64,000 nt of DNA from Octopus sinensis (GCF_006345805.1 NC_042997.1:26412001-26476000), one strand, 5' to 3'; shown: positions 41,892-55,967, numbered from the stretch's first letter. Translations and numbers: made by a program. The notes: generated from the letters alone by a model not told the origin.

Positions 41892-42944
41892 TATGTGTAA
41901 AGATGATTTCCTTCTTTCCTTCTTGCCATACACTTAACACTTAAATTTTTGCTCTTTAGTTCCCGTCGAGCAATAAACAAAACAGATATTTTGTAGGACT
42001 AAGATAATGGATTAAAAATACACACACACAACCCTCTCTCTCTCTCTCTCTCCCGCTTGCTCTCTCTCCCGCTTGCTCTCTCTCTCTCTTGCTCTCTTGC
42101 TCTCTCTTGCTCTTCTCTCTCTCTCTTTTGCTCTTTCTCTCTCTCTCTCTCCCCCCTCCCTCTCTCTCTCTTCTGTAATCCAAGTGAGGAAATAAGGAAG
42201 AAATATTTTTGACCCCAAGAGTAAAGATTGAGAAAAATTAATTAGCGCAAGGAGCTTAATCCATCCTCTAGTTTCAAAGCTTTATTTATTTATTTATTTA
42301 TTTATTTATCTATTTATTTATTTATTTATTTATCTATTTATTTATTTATTCATTCATTTATTTATTTATTTATTTACTTATTCAGTTGTGCATTTATTTA
42401 TTTATGCTGCACGGCTGTTTCTGCCGTTGCTACATATCAATTGCTGCCGTCTACTTTCGAAACAATTTACGTTATTAATCAAACGCTCATTGTTCTCTCA
42501 ATTCCTGCCCAAGCGTTCACCATCAAGGACAAATATAGTGAAACCGGAGCGTCATACACTTAATCACGCTTTCAATCAGACAGACAAATCGATACTTTAC
42601 ATCTCAAGTGTTCACCGGGCTAATATTTATTTGTTGGATGATGTTTGTAGTTTTCCAATCACGGCGGCTGCATAGTAATTCTACTCTTGACCGGATACGG
42701 ATATGAAGTATAAAAGAGTAACCGAAGAAGCTTTGCTCCGGCTAATACTGGGTAGCGTTAGTTTCGTACACCTCTTTTTTATGTATAGTATTTTTATAGT
42801 ATTTTATAGTATTTTTCTTTTCCATTTTTTGCTTTTCCCATCCAAACAAGCTAATAGAAATCATACACATCGTAATCCAGCCATTGTAACATCAAGTATC
42901 ACTGCCCAAAAGAACCCTCCTCACACTAGCAAAATAAGCATTTC

Positions 42945-45200
42945 CTCCTCAACCTCCACCTCCTCCTCCTCCTCCTCCTCCTTTTCCTCCTCCTCCTCCT
43001 GTTCATCATCATCATCATCAACATCATCCTTCTCATTTATTCACACTTTCTTCTCCCACACACTCTTCCTTCCTCCTCGATCACATCTTACTCTCATCCA
43101 CTACCCCTCTCTTCTACCACCTCTTTTCCACCTCCACCTCTTTTCACCACCTCCAATTCCATTCAGCCTCCTCCCCCCTCCTCCTCCTCCTCATCATCAT
43201 CATCATCATCAGCATCATCCTTTTCCTCATTTATTCCACACTTTCTTCTCCCACCCACCTCTTCCTTCCTCCTCGATCACATCTTTCTCTCATCCACTAC
43301 CCCTCTCTTCTACCACCTCTTTTCCACCTCCACTTCTTTTCACCACCTCCAATTCCATTCAGCCTCCTCCCCCTCCTCCTCCTCCTCCTCCTCCTCCTCA
43401 TCATCATCATCATCATCATCATCATCGACATCATCCTTCTCATTTATTCCACACTTTCTTCTCCCACCCACCTCTTCCTTCCTCCTCGATCACATCTTTC
43501 TCTCATCCACTACCCCTCTCTTCTACCGCCTCTTTTCCACCTCCACCTCTTTTCACCACCCCTCCAATTCCATTCAGCCTCCTCCTCCTCCTCCTCCTCA
43601 TCATCATCATCAACATCATCCTTCTCATTTATTCCACACTTTCTTCTCCCACCCACCTCTTCCTTCCTCCTCGATCACATCTTTCTCTCATCCACTACCC
43701 CTCTCTTCTACCGCCTCTTTCCCACCTCCACCTCTTTTCACCACCCCTCCAATTCCATTCAGCCTCCTCCTCCTCCTCCTCATCATCATCAACATCATCC
43801 TTCTCCTCATTTATTCCACACTTTCTTCTCCCACCAACCCACCTCTTCCTCCTCGATCACATCTTTCTCTCATCCGCTACCCCTCTCTTCTACCGCCTCT
43901 TTCCCACCTCCACCTCTTTTCACCACCCCTCCAATTCCATTCAGCCTCCTCCTCCTCCTCCTCATCATCATCATCAACATCATCCTTCTCCTCATTTATT
44001 CCACTTTCTTCTCCCACCCACCTACCTCTTCCTCCTCGATCACATCTTTCTCTCATCCACTACCCCTCTCTTCTACCACCTCTTTTCCACCTCCACCTCT
44101 TTTCACCACCCCTCCAATTCCATTCAGCCTCCTCCTCCTCCTCCTCATCATCATCATCATCAACATCATCCTTCTCATTTATTCCACACTTTCTTCTCCC
44201 ACCCACCTCTTCCTTCCTCCTCGATCACATCTTTCTCTCATCCACTACCCCTCTCTTCTACCGCCTCTTTCCCACCTCCACCTCTTTTCACCACCCCTCC
44301 AATTCCATTCAGCCTCCTCCTCCTCCTCCTCCTCATCATCATCATCAACATCATCCTTCTCCTCATTTATTCCACACTTTCTTCTCCCACCAACCCACCT
44401 CTTCCTCCTCGATCACATCTTTCTCTCATCCGCTACCCCTCTCTTCTACCGCCTCTTTCCCACCTCCACCTCTTTTCACCACCCCTCCAATTCCATTCAG
44501 CCTCCTCCTCCTCCTCATCATCATCATCATCAATCATCCTTCTCCTCATTTATTCCACTTTCTTCTCCCACCCACCTTCCTCTTCCTCCTCGATCACATC
44601 TTTCTCTCATCCACTACCCCTCTCTTCTACCCGCCTTTCCCACCTCCACCTCTTTTCACCACCCTCCAATTCCATTCAGCCTCCTCCTCCTCCTCCTCCT
44701 CACATCATCATCAACATCATCCTTCTCATTTATCCACACTTTCTTCTCCCACCCACCTCTTCCTTCCTCCTCGATCACATCTTTCTCTCATCCACTACCC
44801 CTCTCTTCTACCGCCTCTTTCCCACCTCCACCTCTTTTCCCCACCCCTCCAATTCCATTCAGCCTCCTCCTCCTCCTCATCATCATCATCATCGACATCA
44901 TCCTTCTCCTCATTTATTCCACACTTTCTTCTCCCACCCACCTTCCTCTTCCTCCTCGATCACATCTTTCTCTCATCCACTACCCCTCTCTTCTACCGCC
45001 TCTTTCCCACCTCCACCTCTTTTCACCACCCCTCCAATTTCCATTCAGCCTCCTCCTCTCCTCCTCCCCTCCACTTCCTCCACTCGTCTACCTCCTACGA
45101 CAACTCATCCTTCCAAAATACACCTCTACTGCCACCTCGTGCTCCCTTTTTCTACCTCCCCAACTACCTCGTCTTCTCAACTACTCATGTTTCAACAGCG
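42945..45200. repeat. Polypyrimidine satellite, ~11 units of ~185 bp
   Basis: Motif tcgatcacatc recurs 11 times between ~43078 and ~44957; unit length varies through (CCT)n(CAT)n tracts. Confidence 0.95.
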
Positions 45201-45289
45201 CCTCCGTTCCTTACTCCGCCTTTATTTTCCCCTCCACAACCTTCTTCCGCCTTTTCATCATCCATTTTGGTTTTAAATAGAATGTAGCT

Positions 45290-46109
45290 TTATTCTATGA
45301 TTCTGTTTCGGAGTATCACCATGAACTCTGCTGTGTATGCGCACTAAGTTTTAAAGTTCAAGCTCACGCCCGCTGTTTACAGCAGTGCTTGGAAGGAACT
45401 TGCGTAGCGTGTGACTGTCGCATTGACTATGACAGAGAAAGTTGTCATGGTGATACCTGTTCAGAGGCCTACGCAAAGTTGCAGAACGTGTATGGAGAGG
45501 AGTGTATGAGCCGCACAGAAGTGTACGAGTGATTCAGACGTTTCCATGATAGCAAAAACATGTCGATATTGACAAACGTTCTGAGAGACTCGCAACCAAT
45601 AGAACTGATTAAAACATCGCAGATGTGCGTGCAGCTATGAGGGGAAAACGTTGAATCACCATCTGTGAGTTATCAGAGGATGTGCAGATTAGTTACAGTT
45701 CAGGTCATTCCATTACAATTGAAGATTTGGGTATGAGACACATGTTTGCCAAGTTTGTGCTAAAACTGTTTTCAGCTGACCAAAAAGACACTCGGCTTTC
45801 AGTTGCTCAAGGTCTCCTTCATTACATCAAGAACGATGAATACTTTTTGAAAACTTTGCGTAGGCCTCCGAGCAGGTATCGCTAAGCTTTTAGCAAAACA
45901 TGATCCAGATTCTCTGCTCAGCCTTCTTTGTCATGATCAATGCGACGATCATACTCTACAAATCCTTCATTCCAAGCACTGTTGTAAACAGTGAGCTAGA
46001 ACGTTAAAACTTAGTGCGCATCTTAAAGAGTTCAAGACCAATCTGTACCAAGCAGCTTTAGTTTTGTTACTATGGCAACAGTCCGGAAACTTATTGATCA
46101 GAACTCGTA
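45290..46109. mobile_element. Mariner derivative made of two convergent 5' ends
   Basis: Plus arm encodes DTCSEAYAKLQNVYGEECMSRTEVYE..LGMRHMFAKFVLKL; minus arm from 46109 has TIR tacgagttctgatcaataagtttccggact and MTKKAEQRIWIMFC*KLSDTCSEAYAK. Confidence 0.85.
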
Positions 46110-46299
46110 TATCAATAATTACCTATGCATTTGGTTTGTTGATCAGGCATATGTATGTATGTGTGTATCTATGTTTCTGTGCATATATGTATAGGTTTGT
46201 ATGTCTATATAAGTATATGTATATGTGTGTTTATGCATGTGTATGCGCGTGTGTGTGTCTATGTATGCATGCATGTATCTATGTATATATATACATGTA

Positions 46300-47655
46300 T
46301 ACACAAGGTATATTCAAGAAGGCTAGGGACTTTATCAGGAGAGACATTTGTTAATTTCAAAGAAGTACAAAACTCTAGTCTATTTCAAAATAAGACTCAC
46401 TGACTTCAATGCTATCTTTCTATCGATTCAGTCACTTCATGAAGACCCCATAGAAGTCCTCCAATGTGAAAATATTCAGGAGCCTTGTTACAGCCTCAAT
46501 CTTCTCAATGTCTAGGAAACGACTGGCTTTCAGGTTCTAACTTATGGGACAACCAAAAATCACATTGGGTAATGTTTGGATAGTAGGTAGGGTGAAGGGC
46601 AGTTTTGATGCCAATCATTGACTAGAAGCTGGCTACCAGGATGAAATTGTGGGTTGGTGCACAATGCTGATTCCATTGCCACCGACCCGCGTGGAAGAGA
46701 CTCAAGTAATCTTGGATTGGAGGTAATGAGCTCAACCATTTTTCTGCTGTCAGTAAGAACGTCTTTCTTTCTGGTTCCTCACTGAACACCCCAGGAACAA
46801 ACTTTGCACAAACTTTACGCATGATCATATCTTCACTAATAATTCAGGCGCAGGAGTGGCTGTGTGGTAAGTAGCTTGCTAACCAACCACATAGTTCCAG
46901 GTTCAGTCCCACTGCGTGGCATCTTGGGCAAGTGTCTTCTGATATAGCCCCAGGCCGACCAATACCTTGTGAGTGGATTTGGTAGACGGAAACTGAAAGA
47001 AGCCTGTCGTATATATATATGAATAAGTGTGTGTGTATATGTTTGTGTGTCTGTGTTTGTCCCCCTAGCATTGCTTGACAACCGATACTGGTGTGTTTAC
47101 GTCCCCGTCACTTAGCGGTTCGGCAAAAGAGACCGATAAAATAAGTACTGGGCTTACAAAGAATAAGTCCCGGGGTCGATTTGCTCGACTAAAGGCGGTG
47201 CTCCAGCATGGCTGCAGTCAAATGACTGAAACAAGTAAAAGAGTAAAGAGTAAAGAGAGTATAGTTGTCATACCAACTTCAAACTATTTGATTATTGTCT
47301 TCATACGCACACGATTTTGTCAACCGGCTCTGATGTTCTGACATCACTCTTTCTCACGCACTTTTCATCATCCTTCACCTCCACTCACTTAGAATCTCTT
47401 GTGCCGGCGAACTTCAGAACTGTTGTACCATCAGGCCTACATTTGTGCAGAGTAGTCAGCTGTGACAAACAGTGTTTAGTAGGGTGTGTTCAAAGACCCT
47501 TTGTAGCCGTCTACTTCAATCTGGAATAAAAACGTTGGCATGTCAGCTTATTCGATGTGTAGTAATGATATACTAAAATGACAATAATCTTGATCAGTTA
47601 TAACAAACTCTTCTAAAAAAGATTCAAAATTCCTGGCTCTTGGAATGCATTTTAT
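46300..47655 (-). mobile_element. Internally deleted mariner relic, interrupted by SINE-B
   Basis: MRKVCAKFVP (46622-46828), HPTYYPNITQCDFW (YSPDL-like), C-terminal SYFE, N-terminal VKDDEKC..RTSEPVDKI beyond the SINE; weak TIRs. Confidence 0.75.
46846..47260 (+). mobile_element. SINE family B
   Basis: Full-length copy with a short internal microsatellite. Confidence 0.92.
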
Positions 47656-47668
47656 ATATATATATATA

Positions 47669-48128
47669 CTAGCAGCGTAGCCCGGCGTTGCCCGGGTATG
47701 TAAGAGCCCCTAGTAGGCAACGACTAATCCCAATCTAGTCCTTTCCCTCTAGGGAACGAAGCCGCATGTGTAGGTTGCAATGTCTTCTCTTCACCCGAAT
47801 ACTTCTGTGTATACGATGTTCCTAGCTGTCCCTTTGGGCGAAAACATGAAAACATCATTGCGCTTCCCAACGCATGAACAGCCCACGTACAGCCCAGAAA
47901 ATGTGTTGCATATAAAAAGCTTAGATTCTCGACCCATGTCGAATTTATCGATTTTTTCAGAACTGGGGGAACTTTTCAAAATTTTCGCTGCATTAGTTTT
48001 GAGTTTTGACATTGGGCTGTGTGTGTCAAGTTTCATCAGAATCGGTTGAAAGCCGTGGTCAGGGTGAGGGTACAACCTGACAGACACACAGACATACAGA
48101 CAGACAAACTACCGTTTATATAGAGAGA
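47669..48128 (-). mobile_element. Non-autonomous Helitron
   Basis: Minus strand A|TCTCTCTATATAAACGG...(TCTG)n...CCCGGGCAACGCCGGGCTACGCTGCTAG|T, inserted in (TA)n. Confidence 0.85.
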
Positions 48129-48137
48129 TATATATAA

Positions 48138-48281
48138 ATAAGAATTGTCTGCGTAATAAGATAAAAAAACAAGGCTTTCTAGATATTAGAGCTTTTATAG
48201 ATAGAAGACTTTGTATCTATAAATGCTCTAATATCTATAAAGCCTTGTTTTTTTTTATCTTATTACGCAAAAAATTCTTAT
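48138..48281. repeat. Long imperfect palindrome (~66-bp arms, 10-nt loop)
   Basis: Arms 48138-48203 and 48214-48281 are reverse complements with a few mismatches. Confidence 0.92.
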
Positions 48282-48441
48282 ATACACACGCTGACATAGA
48301 ACCAACGTTGAATCCTTTATTCGCAATATTACCGAATCTGGAACTTAACTAAGGTCTGTCTATAGCACTTATTCAGCATTACCTGACACCTTTGGGTCTC
48401 AATGACACCCTTATCTCTTATATATGTATATATATATATAA

Positions 48442-48487
<46 letters not shown>

Positions 48488-48493
<6 letters not shown>

Positions 48494-48752
48494 GTAAAAA
48501 GTGAAAAACCTACAGAAGGCTTAAAGGTTAAAAAATATATATATTTGCGTCAATATGTCTGAAGAATATTAAAATTTTTTTTTTCCTTACAATAACATAG
48601 TTTAGAAGAAAGACCGGTTTCGCGTTTAGCTTTTGTAAACTATGTCATTGTAAGGAAAAAAAAAATTTTAATATTCTTCAGACATATTGACGCAAATATA
48701 TATATTTTTTAACCTTTAAGCCTTCTGTAGTTTTTTCACTTTTTACTATTTT
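48488..48752. repeat. Near-perfect palindrome (~117-bp arms, 31-nt spacer)
   Basis: Arms 48488-48604 and 48636-48752; flanked by (TA)n. Confidence 0.95.
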
Positions 48753-48799
48753 CTATATATTCAACCACGTGCTTCCACAAACCAACTTTCTTATCTATG

Positions 48800-48863
<64 letters not shown>

Positions 48864-48905
48864 TATATGTATGTATGTGTGTATGTGTATATGTATGTAT
48901 ATATA

Positions 48906-49066
48906 GTAGTGGCTGTGTGGTAAGTAGCTTGTTTACCAACCACATGGTTCCGGGTTCAGTCCCACTGCGTGGCACCTTGGGCAGGTGTCTTCTACTATAG
49001 CCTCGGGCCGAATAAAGCCTTGTGAGTGGATATTTGGTAAACGGAAACTGAAAGAAGCCCGTCGTA

Positions 49067-49099
<33 letters not shown>

Positions 49100-49322
49100 G
49101 CTTGCGTGTGTTTGTGTGTCTGTGTTTGTCCCCCTAGCATTGCTTGACAACCGATGCTGGAGTGTTTATGTCCCCGTTACTTAGCGGTTCGGCAAAAGTG
49201 ACCGATAGAATAAGTACTGTGCTTACAAAAGAATAAGTCCCGGGGTCGAGTTACTCCATTAAAGGCGGTGCTCCAGCATGGCCGCAGTCGAATGACTGAA
49301 ACAAGTAAAAGAGTAAAAGAGA
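48906..49322 (+). mobile_element. SINE family B
   Basis: Full-length copy. Confidence 0.92.
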
Positions 49323-49364
<42 letters not shown>

Positions 49365-49720
49365 ATGTATGTATATATACTGTGCATGAGCGCATATATA
49401 GATAATATTCTGTTCATAGACGGAGAAAGATGTATTAGAGAATGTAGTCTTGACATACAAAAAAGACAAGTCACCACCGCTAAAATAGTTTCCTCTTCAA
49501 TCTGCTCAGACAGGAATGCCTAGTGACTAACCATAGCTTAAAATCCTTCCTGTCAACAGATTTTGATTTGATGGGGTTATCCTCTGCTTCTCACTTTGAC
49601 CACACTCATAGACGCGGGCACGCACACACATAATGATGCATTAATATATACAGGTGTATACTTAGAACCATATACACTATTACATACACATGTATATTAC
49701 ATATACACTATTACATACAC

Positions 49721-49945
49721 GAGCTGGCAGAAACGTTAGCGCGCCGGGCGAAATGCTTAGCGGTATTTCGTCTGCCGTTACGTTCTGAGTTCAAATTCCG
49801 CCGAGGTCGACTTTGCCTTTCATCCTCTCGGGGTCGATAAATAAAGTACCAGTTTCGCACTAGGTCGATGTAATCGACTTAATCCGTTTGTCTGTCCTTG
49901 TTTGTCCCCTCTATATTTAGCCCCTTGTGGGTAGTAAAGAAATAT
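49721..49945 (+). mobile_element. SINE family A monomer
   Basis: Full copy; flanked by tattacatacac. Confidence 0.92.
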
Positions 49946-51374
49946 ATTACATACACATGTAATTACACAGTCACATACATAGATATAGGTACAAAGGTAT
50001 GCACAGATTTATACACATAAACGCATAGCACAGTTCTACATTAAAATGCATCTTCGTGAGGAATATTCAATTAAGGAAGAAGCAGTCAACGTTGAAAATA
50101 ATGAGATTTTCTTTTGGACGCTGTTCCACTTTCGCATTTTCAAACGAGACCCGTTATTCGCACAAACACAGACATATACACCTATTTTCATCAGATTTCT
50201 ATTTAATCAATGGAAATTTCTTTTACTGCATTTTAGAAATACGGCATTGTGTATTTCCCGTTTATTCATTTCTTGTTTTAATTATTGCTGTTCGTGTGTT
50301 CATATTTAAACATAGAAATATATACCATAGAAGAAACGTGATAAATTTGTGTACACATTATCTATGTTATTGTAATTAGATGCTCTCGTTTCAAAACGCT
50401 TAACAGACAAGCAAAAGATATCTTTTGAAGACAGATTCACAGATGTATCATATGAAGGAAACCAAGGGGTAGACCAAAAACCAGTGTGCCTGTTGGTCAC
50501 GCACAGGAATCCAGCAGGAAAATGTGAAGATTTTTGCTTCTAATAGGATCATATGGTGGTGGTGCTTGTGGACTCTGCCTTCACAACCGTGACAGAAATA
50601 AATAGAGAAAACCTGCATGTACGTATGTACGTACGTGCAAGCGTACGTATGTATGACATTATTCAATTTATTTCAAGATTTCTTGTCAATAGAGAAAGAA
50701 CCGGTTTCTAATCTAGATCTAAGGTTCCTTCATTGGAATTTCAACATCAACAACAGGGTATGCATGTATGTATGTATGTATGTATGTATGTATGTATGTA
50801 TGTATGTATGTATGTATGTATGTATGTTTTATGTATGTGTTCTTATGCTTATCGTTGAATATCTAGTTAGTACATCCTTATGTGTGTGCGTGCCCGCATC
50901 TATGAGTGTGGCCAAAGTGAGAAGCAGAGGATAAATAACCTCATCAAATCCAAATCTGTTGATAGGTTTTGATGGTCGTAATGGCAAAAGTTAACTCGAA
51001 GTAGGTTTGACACAAAGGTGCGGGCCCTTGAAAATGCAGGGCTAATAAGGACTAGTGATTACTGGTTATATGCTGGGGCTTAGTGAAAACCAACTGGATT
51101 GCCTGGATGCGGTTGAAAGATCTGGAACACCTAATGAACCCAGAAGCCATTACTAAGGATATACAGTCATTCATAAGACGATGTATGAACACACACTCAA
51201 ACACACACACACACACACACACACACGCATACACAACCACACACACACCACACACACACACAAGTATATTCATAATCATTTCATGAACATCTGCATATCC
51301 TTATGGCTACCGAATAAAGAACATGGGATTGTATCTAGAAAGTTACCCACTGAAGCACAAGTATGGGCAATGTT

Positions 51375-51633
51375 GTTTACGGAAGACCAGCAGTCACACC
51401 CATGCGTACAAGCCTCCCCTCTCGGCGCCACCGATGTTATCCAAGGTAAAAGCAAAGGCCGATACAGCTTGGCTCCAGTGATCTCGTAACGCATTTCTAC
51501 ACCTGAGTGAACTGGAGCAACTTGAAATAACATGCCTTGCTTAAGAACACACTCACAGCCGCATCTAGTAACCGAACTCACTAACTCATGATTGAGAGCC
51601 CGACGTTCTAACCAATGAGCCATGACTCTTCAC
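51375..51633 (-). mobile_element. Degenerate SINE family D
   Basis: Reverse complement gtgaagagtcatggctcattggttag...gagttcgg, then ttgctccagttcactcag core. Confidence 0.65.
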
Positions 51634-52669
51634 TGTATATATAGCGTTCCAGAGAAAATATCGTTCAGGAGGATTAGTTATTTATGATTTTATTCAAAAT
51701 ATTCCTCTCATATTCACACACTTTTTGCAGAGGTCCTGGGCCTCCAACCAGACACCTCGCAGTAACCATAAAGCATAAAGCCAGAAACTTTTCAGCTCTC
51801 CATCGTGTACACACACACACACACACACACACATACACACATACACACACACACACAACACACACAACACACACACACACATAGAGAGATCGCGAGAGAG
51901 AGAAAATGAGAGAGGGGGAGAAGGGGTGAGAGACAATGCTATATTTTATGCATTTATGAATAATTAATTATTCATAAATGCATATTAATCATTGGATATA
52001 AGTACACATACAAACCCACAACAGGTACACAGAAGGTATCTGTACACTGCTTTCGGTAAACGATATTTAGGGATCATCAAGGTGTAAATATTGCTTGGCA
52101 GCGAGGGCAATAAGGATTTAATAAACGTTTGCAACCTCGACACATACACCTCCCCGCGATACCAGAGCTTATATTTTAAGTACTTTATAAATAGATTGCT
52201 AATCTATAAATCAGAATATACATTTGCAAACAAAATAAATCAACGAAATTCGCTTTTGAAATTCTAATACTGTTCAAAAATGGCAAGTCGTTTGTTTTGT
52301 TTGTCAAGAATTATTTTATTCAAGACACATTTAAAAAATGAAAATATTGCTTTTGTTCCATTTTAAACATTTGTAGTTATTTTATGCACGGCTGTGTTTT
52401 TTTTTACGTGTTTATTCATATAATTTTTAATATCTGAAGTGTCAATATCACAGCCAGTTATATAAAGCAATTAATTTTTCTAGAATATTTCTAGTGTTGT
52501 GCCAGTAATGGTTCAAATATTGACCCAGGATCTCAAATAACATTGATTGTTACGAATGAAATTGGGTATTATGATATCTGTCATGTTTTACTGCATTTTT
52601 AACAAAGAATATTAAAAAAAAATATTCAGCACGTTTAAACACAGAAATAAAACTGCGGCAGCAGATATG

Positions 52670-53473
<804 letters not shown>

Positions 53474-53889
53474 CTTTAAGAGCATTCGTAATGAATTTGA
53501 AAATTGTTTTTATTGAAGTGTTTGAAAATATCTCCATTTAATGTGCTTGTATTTTTTTTTTCTACTACATGCCTATTTTGGTATGAAAATATTTTCAAAC
53601 TTCCTTATTCAACTTGGCTTAGCAATAACTGAAGGTGTAATATAAACTCACTGACCATCAACGAGAGAATCTAGTGAAATAATTCGGACTTCGTTAATTA
53701 TTATTTGTCATTTCAACTTTTATTTTTTGTGAACTATTAAATGTTGGCATGTTTTCTTCGTTTGCTCTATTTAAGAATACTTGTCATCATTCGATGCTTT
53801 TATTCACAATCAAATGATATATTTCTTCTTCTTTTTTCTGCGGTGTTCAATTCGTTACGATTTCCCATTAAGTAAAGAAATGATTTAAA

Positions 53890-54790
53890 CTCCGGTGGCT
53901 TGGCAGAAATGTTAGAGTAACAGACAAAGCGGTTCCAGTATTTTACGTTCTACGTTTAAATCCCGTCAAGATCAACACTGGCTTTCTTCTTTATTTCTTC
54001 TAGACCGATAAAATAAATTACTGATCAGCTAGCTCAAACATTACTTATTGTTTTCTAATCTAGGCACAAGGCCTGAAATTTTGTAGGGAGGGAGCCAGAC
54101 GATTAGATCGATCCCAGTACGCATCCCATCGCTGAAAGAATGAAAGGCAAAGTTGACCTCGGCGGAATTTGAACTCAGAACGTAGCGGCGGACGAAATAC
54201 CTTTTTCTTTACTAACCTATTTCTTTACTACCCACAAGGGGCCAAACACAGAGGGGACAAACAAGGACAGACACACGGATTAAGTCGATTATATCGACCC
54301 CAGTGCATAACTGGTACTTATTTAATGACCCCGAAAGGATGAAAGACAAAGTCGACCTCGGCGGAATTTGAACTCAGAACGTAGCGGCGGACGAAATACC
54401 TATTTCTTTACTAACCTATTACTTTACTAACCACAAGGGGCTAAACACAGAAGGGACAAACAAGGACAGACATGGGTATTAAGTCGATTACATCGACCCC
54501 AGTGCGTAACTGGTGCTTAATTTATCGACCCCGAAAGGATGAAAGGCAAAGTCGACCTCGGCGGAATTTGAACTCAGAAAGTAACGGCAGACGAAATACG
54601 GCTACGCATTTCGCCCGGCGTGCTAACATTTCTGCCAACTCGCCGGCTTTCAAACATTACTTATTAATTAATAACCAAGGCACGAGCGACGACTTTATAT
54701 TTTTTCCAAGCATTTGCGGTCAAATGAAGAAACTATCTCCACCCATAACACACCCCAAATAAATCAGGTCATGTGTCTGTGACAGAAATA
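53890..54790 (+). mobile_element. Old degenerate SINE-A, split by the inverted insertion at 54032-54718
   Basis: Head ggtggcttggcagaaatgttag up to ~54031; tail-like ccccaaataaatcaggtcatgtg resumes after 54719. Confidence 0.55.
54050..54650 (-). mobile_element. SINE family A trimer (terminal unit with alternative tail)
   Basis: Junctions near 54195 and 54395; part of an inverted duplicate of 55897-56368. Confidence 0.9.
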
Positions 54791-54957
54791 TATAAGGTGG
54801 TAAAATGACAGAATCTTTAGAATGCCGGAATAATACCGATCGTAGTTTCTTCCCGATCTTTATATTCTCAGCTCAAACCCTAACGAGATCCACTCAACTC
54901 TACGGGGTCCATAAAATAAATACCCTTCAAGTATTGGTGTTGATGGTATTTACTAAT

Positions 54958-55190
54958 AAGGCGGCGTGCTGGCAGAAACGTTAGCACGCCGGACGAAATG
55001 CTTAGCCGTATTTCGTCTGCTGCTACGTTCTGAGTTCAAATTCCGCCGAGGTCGACTTTGCCTTTCATCCTTTCGGGGTCGATTAAATAAGTACCAGTTA
55101 CGTACTAGGGTCGATATAATCGACTTAATCCGTTTGTCTGTCCTTGTTTGTCCCTTCTGTGTTTAGCCCCTTGTGGGTAGTAAAGAAATA
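54958..55190 (+). mobile_element. SINE family A monomer
   Basis: Full copy. Confidence 0.92.
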
Positions 55191-55967
55191 AGTCTTTACT
55201 AATCCCATCTTCCAAAATGGCTCAGAAACCATTATTGTGCAGTATTTCTATTGTTATGGCTGATTCCATTGTACAACTGAACGCGGTATGTGAGCCAGAT
55301 ATTTGCAGGGCTTATTTTAGTGCAGTGTTTCTTTTTATAATGTAAGTGCTATAAATAATATGTATGTAGAAGTGAAGCTTCTTAATAGAGCGTGCTTCCT
55401 TGTCAAACATTGGCCTAGTCCCTTGGTCAGAAATCGACGAGACGACAAGCGGAGTAGCCATTACATGTTGGTTCGACTTGTAAGACATCGCAGCCAAATT
55501 AATCTCAGGTAGAACAAATCATGATAGAGAATCACACGATAGATAATGTACTCCCAGATAATCCATGTTCAAGCGAAGGACGAGGAAGTAATGGTTGAAA
55601 TACTCAGAGATTGTCATGTCTGTAGTGTTAGCGTTCAACTAGTAGTAAACTAAAACACCAACGAAAATTATGTGTCATGACCTTGAGCCTGTAACTTTAA
55701 CACTTTGGTTGATAATCAACAATATTGACTCGCTTAATCGAATACCAAGGAGGGTCGTAAAATTTCGATCTAAAACTAATTGCGAAAGATATTACTCTAA
55801 AACAAAAGGCTAATATAAAAATATAATCTAAAAAATAAATTATAAGAAAACAAAGAGTATTGATTTCTGGAATCAGCTCCATAAAAATGTAATCAACGCA
55901 AATGCTTGGAGAAAATATAAAGTCGTGGCTCGTGCCTTGGTTATTAATTAATAAGTAATGTTTGAAA

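Noticed and set aside
42945-45200. Satellite as a CRISPR-like array
   Set aside because: Whole units repeat, there are no unique spacers or cas genes, and the context is eukaryotic.
42703-45276. 857-aa ORF as a protein-coding gene
   Set aside because: Runs through a G-poor satellite where stops are rare; units shift frame, giving different low-complexity peptides.
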